Positions 1 through 10,555 of a stretch of DNA of 64,000 bases are shown here, piece by piece. The notes below the pieces were generated by a model, which worked only from the letters and a program-made list of their open reading frames with translations, was not told the origin of the DNA and ran no database searches. Within the stretch, counting starts at the first letter, position 1, and each line of letters begins with the position of its first letter. The translations under genes and the position numbers were made by a program. This DNA comes from an uncultured Eggerthella sp. (GTDB taxonomy: Bacteria; Actinomycetota; Coriobacteriia; Coriobacteriales; Eggerthellaceae): assembly GCA_900538545.1 (NCBI GenBank), contig UPYK01000004.1:30098-94097 (forward strand), read 5' to 3'.

Positions 1-19
1 CCTGCAAATAATACTTTCA

Positions 20-1003
20 TCAGCGCTTCTCCAGTTGATCAATGAGCGAAATGATCTCTCCATCTTCATCGAGACTCCATCGCATGGATGTATTTCCCTG
101 AATAGCATCAAGGAACGCCTCTAGTTCTGCTCGATAAGCGTCTTCCACAATGAAACGCGCATATCCATCAAGTTGGTCTGCGCTCTTACCCTCATAGACA
201 TCAATGTCGATCATCTCACGAGAATTCAAGTCGAGTTGTTTCAGTCCCATCGGTGAGCCATCCCACGTAATGAAACACTCTTCATTGGTGAAAGTAAAAT
301 CACGCACGGCAGTTCGGCATACAACATCGATCAACAACATGCCTATTGCGCCGCTCTTATGTTTAATCGCTATTGCAATCGCATCATTGTATGAAACATC
401 GAGCTTACTTATCTTTTGAGCAACGTGATAAGCCTCTTCGATCGGCCCAAAAGTTTTCACAAGCCAAGGCAATTCGATCGCAAGCAGTTCTCGTATACCA
501 CTTGTCCTCTCTTCTGCAACAAAAAAGCTCTTGTAATCTTCCCAAGGATGCCAATCAGGAAGGTACTGCCCAACGTGATACGTCCAGGCACCTCGCGTAC
601 CACTTTCAGCAACTATCTCCTGAATAGCCTCGATCTCTCGGCGGTACACGAATGTTGAAGAAGGAAACCAGATTAATTCATTTTCTTTCGCTTTGGCTAT
701 ATTCTGGACATAACCGTCATCTACAAGATTCAATTCTGTAAAAACATGCAGTCCATTATCCAAACAATCACTCACTATGCTTGCGTGAGATAGCGGACCT
801 GTGGAGATTACTGCTGCTTCTGGATTCACGGCAGCAACCGCTGCCTCAAGAGATTCATAGGTGGAGATGTCGAGCTCTTTTCGAGCTTGCGTTTGCCGCT
901 CTTCACTAAGATCAACGCCTACCACCTCTTGACCGCCTATTTCCTGTAGAAGTCGCGCGCGACGTCGTCCCATAGAGCCTAATCCGACTATCACTATACG
1001 CAT
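20..1003 (-). CDS. Gfo/Idh/MocA-family NAD(P)-dependent oxidoreductase, probably acting on a sugar or nucleotide-sugar
   Basis: N-terminal Rossmann motif IVGLGSMGRRR. Start taken at the internal ATG at 1003 with a GGGAGGAG RBS; the 352-aa ORF extends further upstream with no RBS. The stop is ~105 nt from rmlB in the same operon orientation. Confidence 0.7.
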   Translation of the reverse strand: MRIVIVGLGSMGRRRARLLQEIGGQEVVGVDLSEERQTQARKELDISTYESLEAAVAAVNPEAAVISTGPLSHASIVSDCLDNGLHVFTELNLVDDGYVQNIAKAKENELIWFPSSTFVYRREIEAIQEIVAESGTRGAWTYHVGQYLPDWHPWEDYKSFFVAEERTSGIRELLAIELPWLVKTFGPIEEAYHVAQKISKLDVSYNDAIAIAIKHKSGAIGMLLIDVVCRTAVRDFTFTNEECFITWDGSPMGLKQLDLNSREMIDIDVYEGKSADQLDGYARFIVEDAYRAELEAFLDAIQGNTSMRWSLDEDGEIISLIDQLEKR

Positions 1004-1126
1004 TTGATCTCCTCCCGAAGCATTCTCGCAAGCACTTTTATGATTGCTCAAAACTATTTCTTTACTAAAGCTGATCACTTAAGAGCATTGTGGGATCAAA
1101 ATGATCGAAGCTAAATTGAGCGAGAA

Positions 1127-2185
<1,059 letters not shown>

Positions 2186-2280
2186 TTATTTGCGACCGCA
2201 ACAAAAGCAGCCGCTCTGCTCCTGTTGCACGCAATTAAGCTCTTCCATTATAAACAAGCGTTCCCGAGCAGCCTTGAAAG

Positions 2281-3360
2281 CTATTTCTTTGCGATCTTTT
2301 TCGCAAGCCAAAAGGCTTTATACATACGTAATCTCAAAAGAGAAACAAGTATTGCCGAATTAGTACATCCAAGATGCGATATCTCAAGCGTCTTTGATGC
2401 ATCGAAATAAGGTGCTGATTTAGCGAGAGAAATGAATTCAGCATAACGATCAGATTCTGAAAGCGGGTTTTGTGGATTGAGGAAATAGGTTTCCATCGAC
2501 TTATTTAAGTAGATGAACTTGCGAAGACTAAGGCCTTTCCTGAAATTCTCCCCTTTGTTGTTCGCATCAATGAACGACTCGATCGCACGGTAAACATTTT
2601 CGTACTTCGAGAATGGCGCGCCACCGAATTTGCGCGTTATCGAATTGGGAACATGCCGATAAAAATAGGTTGGACAGGAGATATATGAAACAGACTCAGC
2701 TTTCTCTAATACATTCAAAATGAAGGTGCCATCATCGAACAAGCCCTGAAGTGAAGGGTCGAATCGTAAGCCGTTCTCCCTGATCAGCGATCGCTTTATA
2801 AGGTAATGCCATGCAGCTCCCACACCGCGAAGCATGACAACGGCATTTCGTTCGATACGCGCAGGACCCATGTTGAACACTGCAAGCTGCACTGCATCGA
2901 TCTCATCTCGCGATTTGGTAGAGAACTCCTGACTCGCAACTTGATAAGTTGTTTTTCGCGCTTCCGAAAATGCAATATAATCGCTCAGAACCACATCGAC
3001 ATGCGTCTCTTGAGCTCGTTCATAAAGAACCTCCATCGCGTTTTCAGCCAAATAGTCATCGGCGTCAAGCAAGAATACATACTCCCCCCGCGCCTTCGCT
3101 AATCCATCGTTTCGGGCAGCGCTTACTCCTTCGTTCTTCTTATGAATAACCGTGAAACGCTCGTCTTTTGCCGCAAAAGAATCTGCAATCGCGCCACTTT
3201 CATCGGGACTACCATCATCAACTAGGACTGCCTCGATGTTTGATAAAGTTTGAGCCTGGACGCTCTCCAAACACTGTTCAAGGTAAGGTTCCACATTATA
3301 GATGGGAACGATAATGCTTATGGCGGGTGTAGATGAGTTCACTGGCGCTATAACTCCCAA
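2281..3360 (-). CDS. family-2 glycosyltransferase
   Basis: N-terminal ISIIVPIYNVEPYLEQCLESVQAQT...VLVDDGSPD GT-A fold signature and a DAD motif (LLDADDY). Confidence 0.8.
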   Translation of the reverse strand: MGVIAPVNSSTPAISIIVPIYNVEPYLEQCLESVQAQTLSNIEAVLVDDGSPDESGAIADSFAAKDERFTVIHKKNEGVSAARNDGLAKARGEYVFLLDADDYLAENAMEVLYERAQETHVDVVLSDYIAFSEARKTTYQVASQEFSTKSRDEIDAVQLAVFNMGPARIERNAVVMLRGVGAAWHYLIKRSLIRENGLRFDPSLQGLFDDGTFILNVLEKAESVSYISCPTYFYRHVPNSITRKFGGAPFSKYENVYRAIESFIDANNKGENFRKGLSLRKFIYLNKSMETYFLNPQNPLSESDRYAEFISLAKSAPYFDASKTLEISHLGCTNSAILVSLLRLRMYKAFWLAKKIAKK

Positions 3361-3464
3361 GACGACGAAAAGCTTTTTAGCAGATTCGTTATAAACATCA
3401 AACGACTTTTCGAGTCTATTCCATTCTAAAGCACCGCTTCCGACAAATCGGAACTTGGCAAATT

Positions 3465-4922
3465 CTATTTATGAAAACGCGCTTTCAAACCATTTGTGAA
3501 TTGCGCCATAAGAGGATTCTTCGTAACGACTCCCCACACGTAGGCAAGTATGCCGAAAACGAACACACCCACCACAATTTCCAAAATCAGGCCCTGAACG
3601 CTCAAGCCCCATAGAGCATCGAATGCCCCCGCTGAAGCACGAACTGCCAAGAACATCAGTGCACCACACACGATAAAAGGTAGTGAATTCTTCAAGTATC
3701 TCAAAAGCGGCAATTCCTTATGCGTCATAACAACTTGTGCTACCAGCACCGATATCTCTGCGCACACCGTCGCAATAGCAGCGCCCATCGCAGCAAAATG
3801 CGGGATCAGCGCGATATTGCAACATATATTCACCACTGCGCCAACACACACCGAAATCGTGAAGAGCTTGTCGCGGTCGGTTGGCAAAAGATATTGCCTC
3901 CCGAGCACGTTGGTCATCGAAACGATGGGGATGATAACAGCCAATACGCTCATCAGACTCCAACAGGAAGCAAATTGATCTCCTAAGAATACCGGAGCGA
4001 ACTCTGGTGCGATTGCAATGATCCCGAACATAAGCGCGAATGCCATAGCGAGCATCGCTCCTATTGACCCTTGCAAAAGATCAAGTGCTTTCTCATGATT
4101 CCCTGCATGCAATTCGGCAGTCATGCGCGGCAACATCACCGTTCCCATTGCCGTGATCACCGCCATAGGCATACGAGATAACTTCTCGGAATACTCGAAG
4201 AAGCCCGTTTGGGTCATATTGGTCATAGCACCCAGCATCACCTTGTCCAATGTCACATAGAAACTGATTGCAATAACTGGGATGAACAAGCGGAGATTGG
4301 GGCCCATGTGCTTACGCACGCCAGCAATCGAGGGTCGTGCGATGTCCACGTAACGCTTCAAGAATGGCCACAGAAGCACCTGGTTCACCAGATAGCTTCC
4401 TGCAATAGCCGCGCAGTAGATCCAAAGATCGTCCGGCGTACGAATGAACACGAAGATAACAACAAGGCTTGCAACTTTAGTAATGATGGAACGAATAGTG
4501 GGTATCTTGAATTCCTCAACGCCGAAGAACAGCCATGTTATATCGAGAACAGCGGAAATAACCCACATGCCCCAAACGCAAGCAAGCAAGAATCCACCTT
4601 GAGGATCGGTAAACATATAGAGGACATACACAGCGACAACGATCGCACTCGCTAGAAGCTGGCAACTGAACATCCCCCAAAACGTCTCTGTTCGCTTTGC
4701 GCGATCTGCACCGCATGCTGCAATCTCGCGCACGCCATACGATGACATACCCAGCACGATGAACATCACGAAATAGTTAGTGATAGAAAACGTGTACGAA
4801 TACACGCCGACCTGCGATGCGCCCAACACGCGAGAAAGAAAAGGTGTCGTAATAAGCGGTGTTAATATGAGCAGCAACTGATACGTTGCTTGATACAGGA
4901 AGTTCTTCTTTATGCTCGCCAT
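3465..4922 (-). CDS. PST/MOP-family oligosaccharide flippase (Wzx-like)
   Basis: 485 aa with about 12-14 predicted TM helices. The N-terminus (QATYQLLLILTPLITTPFLSRVLGASQVGVYS) is typical of polysaccharide biosynthesis protein C / Wzx family. Confidence 0.7.
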   Translation of the reverse strand: MASIKKNFLYQATYQLLLILTPLITTPFLSRVLGASQVGVYSYTFSITNYFVMFIVLGMSSYGVREIAACGADRAKRTETFWGMFSCQLLASAIVVAVYVLYMFTDPQGGFLLACVWGMWVISAVLDITWLFFGVEEFKIPTIRSIITKVASLVVIFVFIRTPDDLWIYCAAIAGSYLVNQVLLWPFLKRYVDIARPSIAGVRKHMGPNLRLFIPVIAISFYVTLDKVMLGAMTNMTQTGFFEYSEKLSRMPMAVITAMGTVMLPRMTAELHAGNHEKALDLLQGSIGAMLAMAFALMFGIIAIAPEFAPVFLGDQFASCWSLMSVLAVIIPIVSMTNVLGRQYLLPTDRDKLFTISVCVGAVVNICCNIALIPHFAAMGAAIATVCAEISVLVAQVVMTHKELPLLRYLKNSLPFIVCGALMFLAVRASAGAFDALWGLSVQGLILEIVVGVFVFGILAYVWGVVTKNPLMAQFTNGLKARFHK

Positions 4923-6262
4923 GAGACGCGCCTATCCGCTATGCTCGCTCTATCCTTGCGACTCGAAACATATTTGATGATCCAGAAGATGATCAAAAGG
5001 TAAATAATTTTATAGATCATGCTTATCGTGAAGATATTCTCATAGAACTTGTTCGAAAAGAAACAGAGAATAAGAGCATAGGCAACCATCGTGTACACGA
5101 TCACCCAAAGCCCCGAATAGCTCCCGCTATTGAGCAACTTGCATTTTCTATAGGCCAGCTGGGAAATCGCTGCCATGAGTCCTGTCAGAACAACACAACC
5201 TACCACACCGAAGTCATACAAAAACGCATAGAACGTCGTGTATACATTTCCTGTACTTACGCCATTCACCGTATTGAATGGCAAATCATACTGATAGATA
5301 AATTCGGGAATAGAGAACTGTAAGCCGATCCATCGAATCGAATTGCGAAATGTCATGTATCCAAAAATGCCACTACTGCCATATTGAGGATCAGACTGAA
5401 TGAACGTATCCAAATTAGGCAATTGAGCACCGATATATGACGATAAGTAGCCCAAACCGTCTGAAGAAGTAGTTCTTCCTTGCAAAACCGCAGCGACCGA
5501 TTGAAACGAAACCAAGAAAAGCACTGCAACACAAACCAGCGCGAAAACTGCTCTTACATCAATAACGGGTCGATCGTTTTCAAGCTTTCGCTTAAGAATG
5601 AAGAAAGCGAGCACAAAACAAAAGATATATCCTGCCGCTACGGTTCGATTCGCACTTGTCAGTTGCAGTGCGCAAGCAAGTAAGAGACCAAGTAATTGGA
5701 TCCAACGGCCCTGGTTTTTCTTCAGAACAAACGATTGCGCAAGATAGAACGCAAAAACATAGCCAAGCATACTCACTATGCTGCGCAACTGGCTCAAAGG
5801 CGTATAGAAAATATTGGCACCTTCATCGGTGAACTTGATCGCCGAATTATACCTGCTGATCGAACCTGGAATCGTCTCTGCTGGAAAAGCTGCTAGGATC
5901 TCCACCATCGACCAATAGAGAACAACCGCTTCAAGTACCACAAAAGCAAGCAACAACCCTTTATTCACAGGAAGTATCCAGCTTCGTTCGTCGCTGCTCG
6001 CAGAGACGGCCTCTTTCTTCTTGCCCGCAACAGAACAGAGATATGAAACTGCAACAAATACCGCAACACCCAGTAAAACGATTCCGAACACTTCAGGCGA
6101 CATCTCATAAGCCCATCGATCGGTAAAGAACACTGCTGAAAGAGCACAAAGCGCGAACCCGATCACGAACAAGAAAGCAGGAGAAAGCATATCTTGACCG
6201 TTCAAGATATAAATAGCCACACAGCTGCAGAGGAGAATGATGAAAAGAAAGAGCTGAATCAT
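4910..6262 (-). CDS. polytopic membrane protein, Wzy/EpsG-like repeat-unit polymerase candidate
   Basis: 450 aa, many TM helices with a large periplasmic-looking loop and no soluble catalytic motifs. It overlaps the wzx-like gene by 13 nt. Confidence 0.45.
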   Translation of the reverse strand: MIQLFLFIILLCSCVAIYILNGQDMLSPAFLFVIGFALCALSAVFFTDRWAYEMSPEVFGIVLLGVAVFVAVSYLCSVAGKKKEAVSASSDERSWILPVNKGLLLAFVVLEAVVLYWSMVEILAAFPAETIPGSISRYNSAIKFTDEGANIFYTPLSQLRSIVSMLGYVFAFYLAQSFVLKKNQGRWIQLLGLLLACALQLTSANRTVAAGYIFCFVLAFFILKRKLENDRPVIDVRAVFALVCVAVLFLVSFQSVAAVLQGRTTSSDGLGYLSSYIGAQLPNLDTFIQSDPQYGSSGIFGYMTFRNSIRWIGLQFSIPEFIYQYDLPFNTVNGVSTGNVYTTFYAFLYDFGVVGCVVLTGLMAAISQLAYRKCKLLNSGSYSGLWVIVYTMVAYALILCFFSNKFYENIFTISMIYKIIYLLIIFWIIKYVSSRKDRASIADRRVSWRA

Positions 6263-6273
6263 AAACCTGAAGA

Positions 6274-7344
6274 CTACATACTCCCAAAGGTCTCATCGAC
6301 AAGGCTTCGTATCCCCTGTCCCTTGGAAATCTGGGGGCCAACAAATTGCCCCCCGCTGTTCCCCTCGACGAGAACCCATCCTTTTGTTTCGGAAAGCGCT
6401 AGATCCCAGCCGACATACTTTTGTTCAGGAAGCACGGTAGGTAGCTCTTTGACGAGCTTGAGCAATTCCTCCCACTCGGGAATCTGAAAGCCCACGAGCG
6501 GGATACCAGTATCAGGGTGCACTTCAATCACTTCGCCATATTCGGTTTTCCCCGGTGTTGTGATCTTACCAGTGGCTTCGTCTATCGCTGCAAGAAAGCC
6601 TCCTGCACCACCATTGTCCACTACGCTCTCGCCACGTCCGATCTTGATAAAGCACGCGATCGTATGCAGCTGTTCACCATTAAGATAGGTAGCATAGCGA
6701 ATCGTGTTGACGCTCTGCGGATGTAGCTGCGCAATCCGCTGATCCTGATCGATCAGCTCCTCGACCACGCAAGCGCCCGCTTCCAAAAGCGCTTTGAATG
6801 CTGCTCGTATCTCTTCTTCTGTTCGGGGCGAAGCCTCTTTCCTGATGCCGTTTCCACGCGATGCTGCAACTGGTTTAGCCATATAGTGGTCATGACGCGA
6901 AACGAATTGTTTGAACGCTTCAAAGTCCGCTTCGCTTTTTACTTGAACCACATCACGCTTGAAGTATTTCTGGAAACTCTCGTAGGTCTTCATCTTATCC
7001 ATGAACACCATGCCTGCAGGATTGCTATTGTAGAGTCGAGCACACAATACCGTACGCTCTAGATCTCCTACAAACTCATGTTTCTCAGCTTCTGTCTTCG
7101 AAGCGAAATCATACAAGAAGTACTCGTCAGGCGTTATAAGGTGATTGCGCATGTCCCTCTGAACTGCTCTTTCCAGTTTGCTGCGCTCGGGAAAAGGAAG
7201 GCTGGTGCCACAAAACACATCAATGACCTGAGCGATCTCTTCGGAGTGGGACGCTTGTCTGCGCGCCACCACTATCCTTCGAAGAAGCGGGGTTGGAAGG
7301 CTCAGCACAGCTCTCTTCAACGCTTGTTTCACGCCTGAACTCAA
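6274..7344 (-). CDS. ATP-grasp-like protein (sugar-transfer-associated ATP-grasp type)
   Basis: 356 aa soluble protein. The central region (AKPVAASRGNGI...) resembles ATP-grasp_ST proteins found in polysaccharide loci. The OCD-like gene stop is 2 nt upstream of its start. Confidence 0.45.
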   Translation of the reverse strand: MSSGVKQALKRAVLSLPTPLLRRIVVARRQASHSEEIAQVIDVFCGTSLPFPERSKLERAVQRDMRNHLITPDEYFLYDFASKTEAEKHEFVGDLERTVLCARLYNSNPAGMVFMDKMKTYESFQKYFKRDVVQVKSEADFEAFKQFVSRHDHYMAKPVAASRGNGIRKEASPRTEEEIRAAFKALLEAGACVVEELIDQDQRIAQLHPQSVNTIRYATYLNGEQLHTIACFIKIGRGESVVDNGGAGGFLAAIDEATGKITTPGKTEYGEVIEVHPDTGIPLVGFQIPEWEELLKLVKELPTVLPEQKYVGWDLALSETKGWVLVEGNSGGQFVGPQISKGQGIRSLVDETFGSM

Positions 7345-7346
7345 GA

Positions 7347-8411
7347 CTACCTCTTCTGAGCGTTCCCGGGCGAATCGTTGACCTTCCCAAGATCAAACAC
7401 ACTGAACGGAACATCTTCTAAGGACTGACCCAGTCCCAACTTCTTGCAGGCATCGATCAGAAATGCTGTCATATACACATCGGTAAAAGCCAGACCGATA
7501 GAATTAAAGTACACGATCTCTTCCGAAGATTCTCTGCCAGGTTTCTTACCTGCAACCACCTCAGCCAGCTCTGCGTAGATATCCTCATCGGCAAGTAGGC
7601 CATCTTGATACATGTGCGAAATGGTGGGAGAACCGCGATGCTTGAGCGCCTCCCATGAATCACACACGATCTTGTCCGCCTTTAAGGCCACCGCATATTC
7701 GTCTTCTATTCCGCCAACATGGCAATAATAAGCGCCTGGTTTTACCCAATCCGCTTTGAGCAAAGGAACTTGACCACTAATAGCAGTTACGATGATATCT
7801 GCCCCACGGGCCGCCTCTTCGTATGACGAATTGCAACACTGAATATCCAGATCAGGAAAGAGAACTGCAGCCGCAGACGCAAAACGCTGCTCATTTTGCG
7901 GATTGCGCGAGGCAACGCGACATTCTTTAAGGCTCGGGAATAGTTTGGCCAGGACAAACAGATGCATAAACGCCTCTTCGCCCGACCCCAACAGCCCAAT
8001 GCTCTTCGGCTCGTGCGGAGCAAAATACTTTGCGCCCAGTGCCCCTACGAGCGCTGTCCTCAGCGCTGTTGGAAAGCCCGCATCAAGCACAGCAAGGGGG
8101 GCTCCGTTTTCCGCACTCAAGGCGAGTATCATTCCCGACACATTAGGCAAACCAGTTTTCGCATTGCCAGGAAAGACCGATACGAGCTTCACGCATGAAT
8201 ATCCTAAGGAAGGCACTGTGCAAGGCATGCAATTCACACGCGACTGGTCAACCTCATTAAGTATTTGCGAAGCCTTTTCAGGAAGAATAACCTGTCCATC
8301 TTCGTACGCCTGAAATCCCTTTTCGAGGCAATCCAGCATAACAGCTACATCTGATGAGAGTGCAGCCTGGGCCAGATCTTCATTATTAAAAAACCGTACG
8401 TTAGCCATCAT
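7347..8411 (-). CDS. ornithine cyclodeaminase / mu-crystallin family NAD(P) enzyme
   Basis: Rossmann segment IGLLGSGEEAFMHL...VASRNP and family-typical length and architecture. Start taken at ATGATG at 8411/8408, 5 nt after the upstream gene stop; the ORF also allows a GTG at 8423. Confidence 0.65.
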   Translation of the reverse strand: MMANVRFFNNEDLAQAALSSDVAVMLDCLEKGFQAYEDGQVILPEKASQILNEVDQSRVNCMPCTVPSLGYSCVKLVSVFPGNAKTGLPNVSGMILALSAENGAPLAVLDAGFPTALRTALVGALGAKYFAPHEPKSIGLLGSGEEAFMHLFVLAKLFPSLKECRVASRNPQNEQRFASAAAVLFPDLDIQCCNSSYEEAARGADIIVTAISGQVPLLKADWVKPGAYYCHVGGIEDEYAVALKADKIVCDSWEALKHRGSPTISHMYQDGLLADEDIYAELAEVVAGKKPGRESSEEIVYFNSIGLAFTDVYMTAFLIDACKKLGLGQSLEDVPFSVFDLGKVNDSPGNAQKR

Positions 8412-8416
8412 GTCCC

Positions 8417-9709
8417 CTAACACGCTGCATCAAGCGGTCGGTCAACAAAGCAAGATAATGCCTCGTTATCCCGCGGGTCGAAGAGCGAGAAGAGCATATC
8501 GTTGCCATCAGAATCGACAACCTGAATACTATCAAGAATCGACCTCATCGAATCAAGCAGTGCAGGTAGATTCTCGCCCTTCAAGTGCACATAAGCGAAC
8601 ACCTGCTGAGCGGAACCCCAATCGGCGATCTCATCGCCAACGTAATGAACTTGGACGAGAGCGATGTATTCCGGTAGATTTGGAAGCTGGTCGATCCCAG
8701 AGATCTGCGCGATCTTACCTGCATGAAGATGCAGCGGCCAAATCGCATATACTCCATCGAAACATGGCTTTACCTGGAGCTCTTCGTCTTTGTTACCCAT
8801 CGCATGGCTAATCTCCAGCTTAAGTTGATCTACACCATAGAGCTCGCGCACAAGATGATAGGTAAGCGATCCGCCAAAACGATATCCGATTTCGTTCACT
8901 ATGAATTTGCCGCCCGCATAGAAGAGCTCGAGCCAGATAGGACCTTCCTTCATGCCGAGCGACGCAAGCAAACATCGCATCTTCTCATCTGTAGTATCGA
9001 GGTATTCCTGGGTGTGAACAGAGGGCGCAATCTGAAGCGACATGATCGGCGCACCTTCCACTCCCATCTTCTGCGAAGCTTTGTCGGTAAGCCCGCAAAA
9101 ATAGATACTCCCCTCATGGGCGGTATATTGAACGATCAACGCATCAGAATCGACGAATTCCTCGATCAGCGCTTCGCCACAGAACGAATGCTCCTTCGCA
9201 AATAAGATAGCCTCGGCAAGCTCTTCGGGCGTTTTGCATTTTGTGAAACCTCTGCTGCCACTTCCATCACGCGGCTTTACTGCAAGAGGATAGGCTGAAA
9301 GAGGCAGGTCGTATGCCTCAGCTTCAGTATATTCATCCGAAACAGCAAGGCCAGCTCCACGGCAAGCTTCCTTAAAACGAGGCTTATCATCGCACAGATC
9401 TTGCTGCGCCTCAGTGCAATAACAAGGCAATTCGAGCATCTCGGACAACGCCGCCATTTTGCGCAAGTTGAATTCATGTACGCCAGAAAGAACGCCATCG
9501 ATCTTTTCCTCGATACAGCGCTGTTTCAATGCACCAAGATCTGCAGTGCTGAGTTCCCAACTTGCATCAGCGATCTGTTTCGCAGGCGAAGCCGCAACGG
9601 GCAGATAGTCTGCTACTACGACATAAAACCCTTGGTCTTGAGCCGCTCGAACAAGCTCGCACGAGCCTATGGGCTTTCCCCCTAAAACAAGAAGTTTTCG
9701 CTTGCTCAT
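8417..9709 (-). CDS. ATP-grasp domain ligase (carboxylate-amine ligase type)
   Basis: N-terminal KLLVLGGKP pre-ATP-grasp fold and a central LAVKPRDGSGSRG ATP-binding region. Start at the ATG at 9709 forms an ATGA overlap with the stop of the upstream sugar transferase gene; the longer ORF to 9742 is less likely. Confidence 0.65.
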   Translation of the reverse strand: MSKRKLLVLGGKPIGSCELVRAAQDQGFYVVVADYLPVAASPAKQIADASWELSTADLGALKQRCIEEKIDGVLSGVHEFNLRKMAALSEMLELPCYCTEAQQDLCDDKPRFKEACRGAGLAVSDEYTEAEAYDLPLSAYPLAVKPRDGSGSRGFTKCKTPEELAEAILFAKEHSFCGEALIEEFVDSDALIVQYTAHEGSIYFCGLTDKASQKMGVEGAPIMSLQIAPSVHTQEYLDTTDEKMRCLLASLGMKEGPIWLELFYAGGKFIVNEIGYRFGGSLTYHLVRELYGVDQLKLEISHAMGNKDEELQVKPCFDGVYAIWPLHLHAGKIAQISGIDQLPNLPEYIALVQVHYVGDEIADWGSAQQVFAYVHLKGENLPALLDSMRSILDSIQVVDSDGNDMLFSLFDPRDNEALSCFVDRPLDAAC

Positions 9710-10515
9710 ATGGCCTTTCCGTCCTGCAATGATCTTACCCATACAAGATATTCTTCAGGGATCTGAGCATCGTTGATCGCGCAGCCATCAAGGTCGTATC
9801 CCATGAAACTTCCTCTCTTGGCAACCGATCGAGCATTCGCGCTCTTGCGATCGAGTGCGAATCGAACAAGATTGATGAACATAGAACAGTCTACCTTAAA
9901 TGAGACGTTCTCCACATACCAGACATCGTTTTCAAGTTGATCATTCCACGTCCATACACCATGAGACAAATCGCGCGGCGGGCATTCTAAGCCAGGACGC
10001 ACATCAAGCCGATGCATATGACGCTTGCTATAACGATCAAGGTACACCTCAGGAAGCGGACGGGGGCCGATCAGGCTCATATCACCCTTCAGGATGCTCC
10101 AAAAATTCAGAAGCTCGTCGAGAGAGGTTTTTCGTACAAATCTCCCCCATTTCGTCACGCGCTGTTCCGGTGGCAGAAGATCGCCGTTTTCTCCGCGCTC
10201 GTTGGTCATATTCCGGAATTTCAAGATAGTGAACGGCTTGCCGTTACGCCCAATACGCTTCTGCCTAAAGAACAGAGGTCGGCCAACATCGAAGAAGGTA
10301 ATGCACCCGATCACAAGATTGATCGGTAAAGTTATGATGAGGGCAATCAAAGAAACAAGGACGTCGAAAAAGCGCTTACCGTACTTCGAATAAAGATTCG
10401 ACGAGGGCGCAATGGGCGCTTGTAGAGCATCGATTCGATCAAGCCGATCATGAGCAAGCTGTTGCCCGATCGCTTTGATCTGTTCTGCAGTTAGATCGGG
10501 TTGGTATGTACTCAA
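9706..10515 (-). CDS. initiating undecaprenyl-phosphate sugar-phosphate transferase (bacterial sugar transferase, small PglC/WbaP-C-terminal type)
   Basis: One N-terminal TM helix, then KRFFDVLVSLIALIITLP...RPLFFRQKRIGRNGKPFTILKFRNM...GPRP, the hallmark of the bacterial sugar transferase family. Confidence 0.85.
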   Translation of the reverse strand: MSTYQPDLTAEQIKAIGQQLAHDRLDRIDALQAPIAPSSNLYSKYGKRFFDVLVSLIALIITLPINLVIGCITFFDVGRPLFFRQKRIGRNGKPFTILKFRNMTNERGENGDLLPPEQRVTKWGRFVRKTSLDELLNFWSILKGDMSLIGPRPLPEVYLDRYSKRHMHRLDVRPGLECPPRDLSHGVWTWNDQLENDVWYVENVSFKVDCSMFINLVRFALDRKSANARSVAKRGSFMGYDLDGCAINDAQIPEEYLVWVRSLQDGKAI

Positions 10516-10555
10516 TCTATTCCCTTACCTGCAACGAGCAGCTCTCCGATCAAAG

